NCBI GenBank assembly: GCA_964016885.1 | Contig: OZ024756.1 | Coordinates: 35,278,001 to 35,342,000, forward strand | Reading direction: 5' to 3' | DNA from: Eledone cirrhosa | Taxonomy: Eukaryota | DNA: 64,000 nt | Shown: piece after piece, positions 1 through 11,864 of the stretch | How the letters are laid out: every line of letters begins with the position of its first letter | Numbering within the stretch: the stretch's first letter is position 1 | Made by a program: the position numbers and the translations under genes | The notes under the pieces: generated by a model | Told to the model about the DNA's origin: nothing | Databases searched by the model: none | What the model saw: the letters and a program-made list of their open reading frames with translations, nothing else

Positions 1-123
1 TTTGTTATTCTGTTTAAGGGAATGTCTTATGAGCATTGCTGACTTGTGGAGCTACGCTGATTTAATCGACTTTCCCTTCTCCCCAAATTGCTGGCCTTAT
101 GCCTTTAGTAGAAATCGTTCTGC

Positions 124-158
<35 letters not shown>

Positions 159-159
159 A

Positions 160-350
160 GGGTGGTGGATTGGCAGTATCGGTAGAGGGTCGGACGCCAT
201 GCTTTGCAGCAAAGAGTTACAGCCCTTTATGGTCTGAGTTCAAATCCCGCCGAGGTTAACTTCGCCTTTCAGCCTTACGGGGTCGATAAAATAAAGTACC
301 TGTAATGCACTGGGATGATTGCTGGCCTTGTGCCAAAAGTAGAAATAATT
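160..350 (+). mobile_element. tRNA-derived SINE with Nin/Deu-type core
   Basis: A-box-like TGGCAGTATCGG, B-box GAGTTCAAATCCC, core GCCTTTCA.CCTTACGGGGTCGATAAAATAAAGTACC; about 20 related copies in the window. Confidence 0.8.
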
Positions 351-444
351 ATAATTATGCCTGTCTGTTACTGGCAATTCTCCTTAGTCTCTCACTCTCT
401 GGTCACTGCTCAGATCACTAACCCAATTGTCTTTGTGTGTCCAG

Positions 445-605
445 GGGAGCTGAACTGATTAATCGTATATTGATTCGAGACGTAATGCTACAGAAAGAGA
501 GGGAGACCGAGGTGCTGCACACCATTAAGAAGAAAATGGAACACTTGAAAGCAAAACAAGCCGGACTAAAGAAGAACTTCCATGAACCTGATGATCACTT
601 CATAG
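445..605 (+). CDS. Piezo: Piezo exon (beam region: GAELINRILIRDVMLQKERETEVLHTIKKKMEHLKAKQ…HFI)
   Basis: ccag| acceptor at 444, G|gtatt donor; phase 2 in, phase 1 out; resembles Piezo beam helix. Confidence 0.9.
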
Positions 606-670
606 GTATTTCTAGTTTATTCTTATTGATGATGATGATGATGGTGGTCATGTACAAGGCCCTTGACTAA

Positions 671-1058
671 ACAGTAATATATATATATATATGTATATAT
701 GTATATATATGTGTATATGTATGTATATATGTATGTGTGTGTATATATGTATGTGTGTATATATGTATGTGTGTATATATGTATGTGTGTATATATATAT
801 GTGTGTGTGTATATGTGTATATGTGTGTGTATATATATATGTATGTGTGTATATATATGTGTGTGTGTGTATATGTGTATATGTGTGTGTGTGTATGTAT
901 ATGTATGTGTGTGTATATATATATGTGTGTGTGTATATGTGTATATGTGTGTGTATGTATGTATGTGTATGTATATATATATATATATATATGTGTGCGT
1001 GTGTATGTATATATATGTATGTATGTGTGTGTGTATGTATATGCATGTGTGTGTGTGC
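671..1058. repeat. (TA)/(TG) compound microsatellite
   Basis: Direct reading. Confidence 0.95.
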
Positions 1059-1139
1059 AATTGATTGATGATGGTCGGTTGATGTTGTACATGGCTGCAC
1101 TAGCCACCCCACTACATTTTGTGTTATCTTCTCTTCCAG

Positions 1140-1282
1140 CTATCCGTTCCGGGGATTATTATTTATTTGAAGATGATGCTGAAGAGGATCCTCAAAGTCC
1201 AGCGCATGGGCCACCCACTTCCTTGAATATTGGTGAAACACGTCGTCGGAGTAGTGATGGGAAATCATTGGGTCCTCTTCAG
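1140..1282 (+). CDS. Piezo: Piezo exon (latch: AIRSGDYYLFEDDAEED…LGPLQ)
   Basis: ttccag| acceptor, CAG|gtgagg donor; SGDY.LF latch motif; phase 1 to 0. Confidence 0.92.
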
Positions 1283-1390
1283 GTGAGGATTCTTTTTACT
1301 TTCCCTGTTTAAGTCCTCTCTAAAGTTGGATCATTACAGTGCAAGACTAGACAGCGGTTACAGTCCAAGATGGCCATCATGGTTTGTGAG

Positions 1391-3676
1391 GACTGGACCA
1401 TCACCACCGTCTGTGACTGGACCATCACCACCGTCTGTGACTGGACCATCACCACAGCCTGTGACTGGACCATCACCACCGTCTGTGACTGGACCATCAC
1501 CACCGTCTGTGACTGGACCATCACCACAGCCTGTGACTGGACCATCACCACCGTCTGTGACTGGACCATCACCACAGCCTGTGACTGGACCATCACCACC
1601 GTCTGTGACTGGACCATCACCACAGCCTGTGACTGGACCATCACCACCGTCTGTGACTGGACCATCACCACCGTCTGTGACTGGACCATCACCACCGTCT
1701 GTGACTGGACCATCACCACCGTCTGTGACTGGACCATCACCACCGTCTGTGACTGGACCATCACCACCGTCTGTGACTGGACCATCACCACAGCCTGTGA
1801 CTGGACCATCACCACCGTCTGTGACTGGACCATCACCACCGTCTGTGACTGGACCATCACCACCGCCTGTGACTGGACCATCACCACCGTCTGTGACTGG
1901 ACCATCACCACCGTCTGTGACTGGACCATCACCACCGTCTGTGACTGGACCATCACCACCGTCTGTGACTGGACCATCACCACAGCCTGTGACTGGACCA
2001 TCACCACCGTCTGTGACTGGACCATCACCACAGCCTGTGACTGGACCATCACCACCGTCTGTGACTGGACCATCACCACCGTCTGTGACTGGACCATCAC
2101 CACCGTCTGTGACTGGACCATCACCACCGTCTGTGACTGGACCATCACCACCGTCTGTGACTGGACCATCACCACCGTCTGTGACTGGACCATCACCACC
2201 GTCTGTGACTGGACCATCACCACCGTCTGTGACTGGACCATCACCACCGTCTGTGACTGGACCATCACCACCGTCTGTGACTGGACCATCACCACCGTCT
2301 GTGACTGGACCATCACCACAGCCTGTGACTGGACCATCACCACCGTCTGTGACTGGACCATCACCACCGTCTGTGACTGGACCATCACCACCGTCTGTGA
2401 CTGGACCATCACCACAGCCTGTGACTGGACCATCACCACCGTCTGTGACTGGACCATCACCACCGTCTGTGACTGGACCATCACCACAGCCTGTGACTGG
2501 ACCATCACCACCGTCTGTGACTGGACCATCACCACAGCCTGTGACTGGACCATCACCACCGTCTGTGACTGGACCATCACCACAGCCTGTGACTGGACCA
2601 TCACCACCGTCTGTGACTGGACCATCACCACCGTCTGTGACTGGACCATCACCACCGTCTGTGACTGGACCATCACCACCGTCTGTGACTGGACCATCAC
2701 CACCGTCTGTGACTGGACCATCACCACCGCCTGTGACTGGACCATCACCACAGCCTGTGACTGGACCATCACCACCGTCTGTGACTGGACCATCACCACA
2801 GCCTGTGACTGGACCATCACCACCGTCTGTGACTGGACCATCACCACCGTCTGTGACTGGACCATCACCACCGTCTGTGACTGGACCATCACCACCGTCT
2901 GTGACTGGACCATCACCACCGTCTGTGACTGGACCATCACCACAGCCTGTGACTGGACCATCACCACAGCCTGTGACTGGACCATCACCACCGTCTGTGA
3001 CTGGACCATCACCACCGTCTGTGACTGGACCATCACCACCGTCTGTGACTGGACCATCACCACAGCCTGTGACTGGACCATCACCACAGCCTGTGACTGG
3101 ACCATCACCACAGCCTGTGACTGGACCATCACCACAGCCTGTGACTGGACCATCACCACCGTCTGTGACTGGACCATCACCACCGTCTGTGACTGGACCA
3201 TCACCACCGTCTGTGACTGGACCATCACCACCGTCTGTGGCTGGACCATCGCCACAGCCTGTGGCTGGACCATCGCCACAGCCTGTGACTGGACCATCGC
3301 CACAGCCTGTGACTGGACCATCGCCACCGCCTGTGACTGGACCATCGCCACCGTCTGTGACTGGACCATCGCCACCGTCTGTGACTGGACCATCGCCACC
3401 GTCTGTGACTGGACCATCGCCACCGTCTGTGACTGGACCATCGCCACAGCCTGTGACTGGACCATCGCCACAGCCTGTGACTGGACCATCGCCACAGCCT
3501 GTGACTGGACCATCGCCACAGCCTGTGACTGGACCATCGCCACAGCCTGTGACTGGACCATCGCCACAGCCTGTGACTGGACCATCGCCACAGCCTGTGA
3601 CTGGACCATCGCCACAGCCTGTGACTGGACCATCGCCACAGCCTGTGACTGGACCATCGCCACAGCCTGTGACTGG
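1391..3676. repeat. 21-bp intronic minisatellite (GACTGGACCATCACCACCGTCTGT-type), about 108 units
   Basis: Tandem units with 7-aa periodicity in all ORFs; variant units cluster at the 3' end. Confidence 0.97.
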
Positions 3677-3787
3677 ATGAACTGGAGAACCCTGTCCCGA
3701 AACAGAAAGGATATATTCCCGTGTTACAAAGTATTTGAATCTTATTAGCCACTGCCTTTGACTGAATATTATTTTATTTCCTCCTAG

Positions 3788-3859
3788 CTGCTGTCCACTG
3801 CCATTGATTCAGGAGCTGATGTGGCTCTAGAGAAGTCAAAAGAGGATTTGCCAACAGAT
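3788..3859 (+). CDS. Piezo: Piezo 72-nt exon LLSTAIDSGADVALEKSKEDLPTD (copy 1 of a tandem exon triplication)
   Basis: ctcctag| acceptor, GAT|gtaagt donor, phase 0-0, open. Confidence 0.8.
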
Positions 3860-4041
3860 GTAAGTATACCAAATACAGAGGCAACTTCTCAACTATTAAT
3901 GGTCAATAACCTATGTTTTGACAGCTATACCATCCTGAAATGGAAAGGATATTTTCCTGTGTTACAGTGTATTGGAATCTTACTAACCATTACCATTGAC
4001 TTGGGAACTTACTGAATATTATTTTATTTGCTCTATTTTAG

Positions 4042-4113
4042 GTGTCACCCAAGAACTTGGGAAGTGATATGCCTCTGGAGAAGGGAAAAGAAGATTCACC
4101 ATCTAAACAAGAT
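4042..4113 (+). CDS. Piezo: Candidate Piezo 72-nt exon VSPKNLGSDMPLEKGKEDSPSKQD (copy 2)
   Basis: ttttag| acceptor, GAT|gtatgt donor, phase 0-0, open; exon and flanks are paralogous to 3788-3859. Confidence 0.6.
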
Positions 4114-4165
4114 GTATGTATATCAAATACAGTGGACATTTTTTCTCATCTATTAAGACCTGTAG

Positions 4166-4623
4166 CAGAGATGTGAAATCTGTGGCCTTCTATGCCATTC
4201 TGTGTGGCATTTTGAAAGAATCAAAAATTTCCAACAAATTAAAAATTTTAATTAATATTTTTGTCTAGCTCTTATCAAAATTTAAACCCTAAGATGAATG
4301 TATTTTAAATAACAAAGGGTTAAAGAAAATTCAACGAAATAATCCACACTGACAGACAACCAGAATTAAAATATTAGTTGAACATAAGGGCCATTTCATC
4401 ACTTTCTATACTCATATTTTAGCTTTAATGAAATTCTAGAATGTACATTAAATTCCTGCTTGACTGGAGTCACTATTGCCCTAGGCTGTATGGTGAGAAA
4501 CCACAAGGATTTAGTATGCCAGTGATTATCAACATTTTAAGAATATATAATTATGGTTTTCTGAATGCAGCTTTACAGGCAATTTAATGTGGCCTTTCAA
4601 CATGAAAAGATTCCTCAGCTCTG
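4166..4623. mobile_element. Probable hAT-like MITE inserted in the intron after exon copy 2
   Basis: Imperfect TIRs CAGAGATGTGAAATCT … AGATTCCTCAGCTCTG; the paralogous intron unit resumes directly afterwards. Confidence 0.5.
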
Positions 4624-4755
4624 GTCAATAGATTATCTTTTTACAACTACACCATCCTGAAATAGAAAGGATATAGTCCTGTGTTACAATATATTGGAAT
4701 CTTACTAGCCACTGCCTTTGACTTAGGAACCGACTAAATATTTATTGCATTTTAG

Positions 4756-4860
4756 GAGTTATCCATTGCCAAGGGTTAAAAAATCGATGTGTCTCAGGAG
4801 AGAGGAAAGCAAAATACACCAGCTAGACAGTCATTACAGAAATGTCTATCTTCACGAGAG
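4756..4860 (+). pseudogene. Third copy of the duplicated exon with in-frame TAA (4777-4779): pseudo-exon or poison exon
   Basis: ttttag|GAG TTA TCC ATT GCC AAG GGT TAA … GAG|gtatgt; TAA aligns with TCA (Ser) of copy 1; flanks paralogous. Confidence 0.55.
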
Positions 4861-5616
4861 GTATGTATATCAAATACAGTGGATACTTCTCAACTATTGT
4901 CTGTAGACTATCTTTTAATAGCTACACCATCCTGGAATGCTTTCCCTACACTAGAGCCATATCAGTTCCCAAGTCAATGGTAGTGGCTAGTAAGGTTCCC
5001 AGGAAATTATCCTTTCTATTCCAGAATGGTGTTGCTGTTAAAAGATAGTCTGTAGACCATTAATAGTTGAGAAGTTTTCACTGTATTTGATATACTTAGA
5101 TCTTCTTGTTTTATTGTTTTAACACTTTAATTCATTTCTCCCTTTCCTCATTGTGTACTTTCCAGCCTTGGGTATCTGCAGGAAAATCATGAGATAAAAA
5201 AATGATATACAACATTTACACCTGCATAAAAGATAAATGTATGAACTTGTTAAAGATCACAGCAATATGTCTTAGTGAAGAAGTCGGGCTAAAGTTGATT
5301 GGTAATTTGTGTAGAAAGTGGTGAAGATAACTGTAGTAAACAGCTATGTATAGAGGTCATGGGATACATATACACACTTGTATATATATATCCCATGACC
5401 CACATGGTTGGTGTTGGAAGGGCAAGTTATAACCCCTGTCAGTAATCCAGTCTACCAGTTATATCTCCTGTCAGTAATCCAGTCTACCAGATGGTTAATA
5501 TCTTTGTTCTTTGATATGTACTCACTAACAGTTGATTTATTTCCATTCTTATTATAGTAACCTGGAAATATTTAAAATAAATCTGTTCAAATTTTTCCCT
5601 GTCTAAATTTTTCCAG

Positions 5617-5668
5617 GCAAGCTTTTCTGCTGATAAGGGTACTCCTGATGAAACTGAAACAACAGAAG
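5617..5668 (+). CDS. Piezo: Piezo exon ASFSADKGTPDETETTE
   Basis: ttccag| acceptor, G|gtaggt donor; phase 0 to 1, needed to join the next exon in frame. Confidence 0.78.
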
Positions 5669-5984
5669 GTAGGTTGTATTTGTATTGAATGTTTAAATAG
5701 AAGTGAGTCAGCTTCAAGAAGATGCTAAATGTTGGGTGTGTGGGTGTGAAGAAAATGTCTCACTTGTATACTCTCACTGCTCACAAAAGGATGAATAAAA
5801 GATATGGGTCAAGATAGGAAAATCAACAAATATAGACAGTCCCATCACTGAAATAACATAGCTCTAGCAGTCGACTGATAAGATGGGACTGTCTGTATTT
5901 GTTCATTTTCCTGTCTTCATCCATATTTCTTATTCATTGTTCACACTACACACCCTACTCCATCCCCCCATTTCCATCCATTGA

Positions 5985-6192
5985 AAAGTGGTCGTGTAGG
6001 AGACACTGTAAAAAGGCTCCCAGTCCACACTGTAAATGTGGTTGGTGTTAGGAAGGGCATCCAGCCATAGAAAACCTGCCAGGGACAGTTTTGTATGAGC
6101 GAGACACGGTCTCCTGACCAATCCCGCCTTAAGTGGAACAAAACCGTCCAACCCATGCTAGTGTGGAAGATGGACGTTAAACGACGATGATG

Positions 6193-6195
<3 letters not shown>
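5985..6195 (+). mobile_element. Interspersed SINE-like repeat (GGTTGGTGTTAGGAAGGGCATCCAGC core, (GAT)n tail); further copies near 17920, 44245(-), 59830(-), 60380, 60900
   Basis: Same sequence recurs at several positions in the window. Confidence 0.7.
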
Positions 6196-6237
<42 letters not shown>

Positions 6238-6563
6238 TCATTCAAGCCAAATCTAAGAAATATATGAACTTGAAAATGACTCCTCTGGTAATTTGATAAT
6301 GTAACCTACTTGCAGTCACTAATGCCAGCAATAATGCCTTTCGCTCCAAATAGAACTGCTAGATTAGCCAAACTATTCATATTGGTAGTGGACAACGATG
6401 TAAACACCACAAAAAACCAGTAACATATCAATGGATAGGAAAATACATCTTGCATCATCTGATGAAAACATGCTAGGGGTTATTATATAACCACTCTGGC
6501 ATCTTTGAAATATGCATAATGGAATTCTGTAATAAGATGATGTTTGAATAAAACCATTGCCTC

Positions 6564-6612
<49 letters not shown>

Positions 6613-6656
6613 TATACACAATGTAATTGACAATCAAAGTGTTTAAAACATTTAAT

Positions 6657-6703
6657 CACTTACGAATGTTTCATCCTAGCACAATGCCGGATTCATCAGA
6701 GTA
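6657..6703 (-). ncRNA. Minimal type I hammerhead ribozyme motif
   Basis: Minus strand reads TACT-CTGATGA-ATCC(ggcattgtgcta)GGAT-GAAAC-attc-GTA-AGTG, giving the core and stems I-III. Confidence 0.5.
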
Positions 6704-6809
6704 GAAAACAAAGGTCAAACACAAATATAATATGAATGTGAGGGTTTATGACTAGGGTTGCTGAATAAGGTCTCACACTTGATTCTCCCAACAATATTTT
6801 TTTTTGCAG

Positions 6810-6973
6810 AGTCTCTGATTACGAAACATGCCAATAAGCTCAATTTATTTGTTGCTATTCTGTGTAGTATAGCTAAGTGGTTTATTACATTGTTCAACAA
6901 AATATCTCGCAACTACCGTTGTGTGGCCTATACATTGACCGAGGACATGAAAACAGAGAAGTTGAAAATACAG
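6810..6973 (+). CDS. Piezo: Piezo exon (clasp region: ESLITKHANKLNLFVAILCSIAKWFITLFNKISRNYRCVAYTLTEDMKTEKLKIQ)
   Basis: tttgcag| acceptor, CAG|gtatgt donor; SR.YR.V..L..(E/D)K pattern typical of Piezo clasp. Confidence 0.88.
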
Positions 6974-7015
6974 GTATGTTGTTACATTATATATTTTTTT
7001 TTATCATGGACAACA

Positions 7016-7220
7016 GAATCGGTGGAGCGTTGGACAACATGCTTAGTGGCATATTGTTATGTCCATTTACATTCTGCGTTCATGTGCTGCCGAGGTTAAC
7101 TTTGACTTTCATCCTGATGGAGTTGATAAAATAAAGTACCTGTAGTGCACTGGGGTCGATTTAATTGGCTTTCCCCTCCCCCAAAATTGCTGGCCTTGGG
7201 CCTAAATCAGAAACAATTAT
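7016..7220 (+). mobile_element. Nin/Deu-core SINE copy
   Basis: Similar to 160-350. Confidence 0.75.
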
Positions 7221-7338
7221 ATATATATATGTATGTATGGTCCCGTAACTGCTGATAGTCATAGGGGCACCATATTTACTTGACATACAATGTTTCTTGG
7301 GCATTTTCAGCCTGGCTGATCCCATCCCTCTCTAGGCC

Positions 7339-7380
<42 letters not shown>

Positions 7381-7385
<5 letters not shown>

Positions 7386-7862
7386 CCGAATTACCCGCGT
7401 CTTGCTGTGTTTCACACATTTTTTTTTGTAAGAAAATGATAATTGATTTTAAATCAGTCATATAATTTATGGAGAAAGACTGCATTTCAATATTACTCAA
7501 TGCAAAATGTAATACATGAAACATTGGAAAACATTATTGTAATATAACAAATCAAAATTACATGATTAAATCTTAATCTTATTGTTTCTTGTAAATAATT
7601 TTTTTCAAAATATCAATTCAAAACTTTTGTGAATAGGCATCATATGTTATTTACCTATGGTTTAGATTTCATATAAATCGAAGAGAAAACATTTTCAGCA
7701 GAGGTTTGTGCCCCCGGGGAACCCTTTGATTAAAATGAAATATACTTATCCAAGTACCCTGGGCAATGTAGTTTCAGAATATATATGGTTATGGGGGTCT
7801 ATCTCCAAAATCATAGGAGGAGTTCGTGAACAAACAAACAAACAGACAGGAACTACAACTTT
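7381..7862 (+). mobile_element. Possible non-autonomous Helitron/HINE fragment
   Basis: Starts TAGCCGAATTACCCGCGTCTTGC and ends GGAGGAGTTCGTGAACAAACAAACAAACAGACAG, a layout reminiscent of DINE-1-like elements. Confidence 0.3.
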
Positions 7863-8059
7863 ATGGTTTGAGTTCAAATCCTGCCAAGGTTAACTTTGCC
7901 TTTCATCCTTATGAGGTCGATAAAATAAAGTAACCGTAATACACTGGGATAATTGCTGGCCTTGTGCCAATAGTTTAATTTAGACCAGTAGATTACAGTT
8001 TAATGAATTTATTTCTTGTTTAATGAATTTATTTCTTGTTTAATACCAATTTTGAACTT

Positions 8060-8380
8060 CAAGGATCCATTATCAAACATCTTAGACCCCCTTTGGTCAC
8101 GAATGACTGGTTTGCATCCTGAAAGTTCCCCTCCAAGGCATAATCTCAAGCAAGGTATTTTTGTGGACGACCAGCAGTTGTCCATGCCACCAATGTTGTC
8201 CAAGGAAAAGGCTAAGGCTGATACAGTTTGGCACCAGTGATGTTGCAACTCATTTTTTCCAGCTGAGTGAACTGAGGTGAAATAAAGTATCTTGCTTAAA
8301 GGCATGACACAGTGCCCAGTCTGGGAATTGAACTTACAATCATGAGATTGTGAGTCCAATGCTCTAACCACTAAGCCATT
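8060..8380 (-). mobile_element. tRNA-head SINE (second family), antisense
   Basis: Reverse complement gives TGGCTTAGTGGTTAGAGC…AAGTTCAATTCCC, matching copies at 17750 and 60724. Confidence 0.7.
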
Positions 8381-8796
8381 GGTATTATCAACAGGTTCAA
8401 TACTCTGGATTGCGACCCTTCCTCCAGTTCTACCAGTCCACTGTATTAGACTGGTATTTTATTTAATGAACCCCAAAACAATGAAAATCCTCATAATTTT
8501 TTCTATTTCTCTAAAACTGTGAAATGTTGAGTCTTTGTGGAAAAAAATAAAAAAGCTCAACTTGAGATGTAGCATTGTTTACTAAGAAGAGCCATAGTGA
8601 CCATCTACTTCTATACAGGCCAGATCAGGTTTTAGCCAGTCTCATGTGTGGTTTCATCTCAAAAGAGGTTTTGTTTGAATGTTTTAATGACATGGAGGCC
8701 CCCAGTCTTCTCATTCTGTTTCCTTGATATAAATTCAACTCTATTTATCTATTTATACCAAACATGGAAACTCTTATTCTTGTGATTGTCTTTCAG

Positions 8797-8888
8797 GCTG
8801 AGAAGAGGGCATTATTGTCGTTAGCAGCAATGGAAGACGGGTTAATTCCTGATGAATCTAAAACTGAAGTTTCTGCAGCTGACAACAT
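8797..8888 (+). CDS. Piezo: Piezo exon AEKRALLSLAAMEDGLIPDESKTEVSAADN
   Basis: tttcag| acceptor, AT|gtaagg donor; phase 0 to 2. Confidence 0.8.
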
Positions 8889-9212
8889 GTAAGGAACAAC
8901 ACTCTCATTAATTTATTCTAAAGTTAAAATGTTATTGCTTATGACTGACACAATTCATATCTCTAATCCCCTGATTCAGTAGATGTAATGTGATAGGCAG
9001 GCAGCAAATTGGCAGAGCTTTGAGAATGCCGGATAGAATGCTTAACGGTATTTATTTCGACTCTCTGCACTCTGTGTTCAAATCCAAACAAGGTCAATTT
9101 TGTTTTTTGTCCTCTTGAGGTCAGGTTGATAAAAAAAAAGTACCAGTCCAGTGCAGGGACCTCATGCTTGTGAAGCAAACTTAACTATTCAGTCATGACT
9201 GACCAAAACACA

Positions 9213-9243
<31 letters not shown>

Positions 9244-9300
9244 TATTATTATATGTATCTATAGTAAAATAAATACATATATATATATATATTATATGTA

Positions 9301-9337
<37 letters not shown>

Positions 9338-9458
9338 ATATGTAGCAGTATTATATGTCAAAGCAGTGTGTAGTGGTACCTGAGTAGACTGAAGATATAG
9401 TGAGTTATGTCAACTGGTTTGAGAAGTTTTGTTAATGTTAGTTTTGTTTTTGTTACAG

Positions 9459-9536
9459 TGATGTTGACGACATGGCAATAACTGTAAATGACTCTGTTTT
9501 AAAACATGACATGAAAAAGTCATTTACCAATACAAA
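9459..9536 (+). CDS. Piezo: Piezo exon (I)DVDDMAITVNDSVLKHDMKKSFTNT
   Basis: ttacag| acceptor, AA|gtgagt donor; phase 2-2 (symmetric, skippable). Confidence 0.7.
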
Positions 9537-9659
9537 GTGAGTATCTTGTGTGTGCCTATATATATATATATTTATATATTTATATATAATATAAAGGAAA
9601 GTTGTCTGTGTGTGTGTCTGTGTGTCTGATTTGTACTCAGAAATTAGAGAATGAATACC

Positions 9660-9704
<45 letters not shown>

Positions 9705-9817
9705 TGTATACATATATATACACACACATATACACACACACGCACACATATATATATATATATACACACACACATATATGTAAATATATATATACACACA
9801 CACACACATATATGTAA

Positions 9818-9851
<34 letters not shown>

Positions 9852-10058
9852 GCACGTATGTTTACACACATATATTTACACACACACACGTATATATGTA
9901 TACACACATATATTTACACACATGCGCATACACACACAATCATAATTTTCTGTAGGGCCATTTTTGATATGTTCCAAACATCAGCGTAATAGTCAGAAAA
10001 TTAGTTAAATGACTAAATCTTTTCAAATTGTTGATTATTTTCAAAATGATTTGAAAAT

Positions 10059-10963
10059 GATAGGCAGTGCCTTTCATTAGAAATAGGGTAATGAAAGGGT
10101 TAATGACATAGGCAGTGCCTTTCATTAGAAATAGGGTAATGAAAGGGTTAATGACATAGGCAGTGCCTTTCATTAGAAATAGGGTAATGAAAGGGTTAAT
10201 GACATAGGCAGTGCCTTTCATTAGAAATAGGGTAATGAAAGGGTTAATGACATAGGCAGTGCCTTTCATTAGAAATAGGGTAATGAAAGGGTTAATGACA
10301 TAGGCAGTGCCTTTCATTAGAAATAGGGTAATGAAAGGGTTAATGACATAGGCAGTGCCTTTCATTAGAAATAGGGTAATGAAAGGGTTAATGACATAGG
10401 CAGTGCCTTTCATTAGAAATAGGGTAATGAAAGGGTTAATGACATAGGCAGTGCCTTTCATTAGAAATAGGGTAATGAAAGGGTTAATGACATAGGCAGT
10501 GCCTTTCATTAGAAATAGGGTAATGAAAGGGTTAATGACATAGGCAGTGCCTTTCATTAGAAATGGGGTAATGAAAGGGTTAATGACATAGGCAGTGCCT
10601 TTCATTAGAAATAGGGTAATGAAAGGGTTAATGACATAGGCAGTGCCTTTCATTAGAAATAGGGTAATGAAAGGGTTAATGACATAGGCAGTGCCTTTCA
10701 TTAGAAATAGGGTAATGAAAGGGTTAATGACATAGACAGTGCCTTTCATTAGAAATAGGGTAATGAAAGGGTTAATGACATAGGCAGTGCCTTTCATTAG
10801 AAATAGGGTAATGAAAGGGTTAATGACATAGGCAGTGCCTTTCATTAGAAATAGGGTAATGAAAGGGTTAATGACATAGGCAGTGCCTTTCATTAGAAAT
10901 AGGGTAATGAAAGGGTTAATGACATAGGCAGTGCCTTTCATTAGAAATAGGGTAATGAAAGGG
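10059..10963. repeat. 48-bp minisatellite (about 19 units) derived from a MITE-like terminus
   Basis: Unit TAGGCAGTGCCTTTCATTAGAAATAGGGTAATGAAAGGGTTAATGACA; single-copy relatives at 12450-12510 and 23650-23705. Confidence 0.95.
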
Positions 10964-11082
10964 TGAACTGAAGCACGTAGGTTGCAGTGGAGGTGCGAGG
11001 CCTAGTCCAGGGGGGGAGTCTTGTACTCTGTCGCTTCATGCTATGAAACCGGGATAAGCACCGTCCTAATGAGCATTCTGGC

Positions 11083-11276
11083 TTAACCCTTTAGCATTTA
11101 AACCGGCAGTATTCTCTCCCCTCTTCCTGTTCAAACCAGCCGTAACCAGCTGCTCATCCTTATGTTAAGGTATTGTTCTCAAAATAAATATCAAAATCTC
11201 AGATTCAAAATTATGTGAGATAAAGCCTTTACTGTGAAAATACAATAGTAAATATAGAGTAATGTTAAAGGGTTAA
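11083..11276 (+). mobile_element. piggyBac-like MITE (TTAA TSD, CCCTTTAGCATT TIR)
   Basis: ttaa|CCCTTTAGCATT … AATGTTAAAGGG|ttaa. Confidence 0.8.
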
Positions 11277-11864
11277 CACACTTTAGACTTAGACTTTAGG
11301 TTTCATTAGAAAGACTAGCAGATAAACCATCCTGTGGGTGGTTTTCTGCCAGCATGTGTAGTGTGCATATTGATATTACACGCAAGTATATATGCATGTG
11401 GATATGATACATCAAATAAAATCGTAATTGACAATATATAATACACAGAAATTGAACGAAGACTGTGTTACACTCTCTTATGTAATCAGTAACGTAATCC
11501 ATGATACATTAAAAAAAGACAATATTATATATAAATTGCATTAGGAAAAAATTAGTGATGGTACTGTGTTTATTTAAGCGATCGCTAACCGGAAGTGTTG
11601 ACATTTGAAAATTTAAAATAAGTGAATCTTTAAATAAGCTATAAAATATATTTAATCAAGAGTTACGAAATTTAGTAGATAGATTATGTAATATTCATTA
11701 TTTATTCAAAGTTATCCAACTTATTTTACAAACCGGATTAAAAGAAATAAACTGAACGCAGTCCCATACTCCTTACTTTATTATAGTTTAGATGGTAATG
11801 AAATATTTAATGTTGGTTTATATTCAATTGTGATTTTGTGATGTTTTTAAAATTATTTTCCCAG

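Noticed and set aside
1309-3752. About 790-aa ORFs on both strands (MVQSQTV / TGPSPPSV / CDWTITT repeats) resembling mucin- or antifreeze-like proteins
   Set aside because: Product of a stop-poor 21-bp minisatellite inside a Piezo intron; open in several frames with no unique domain.
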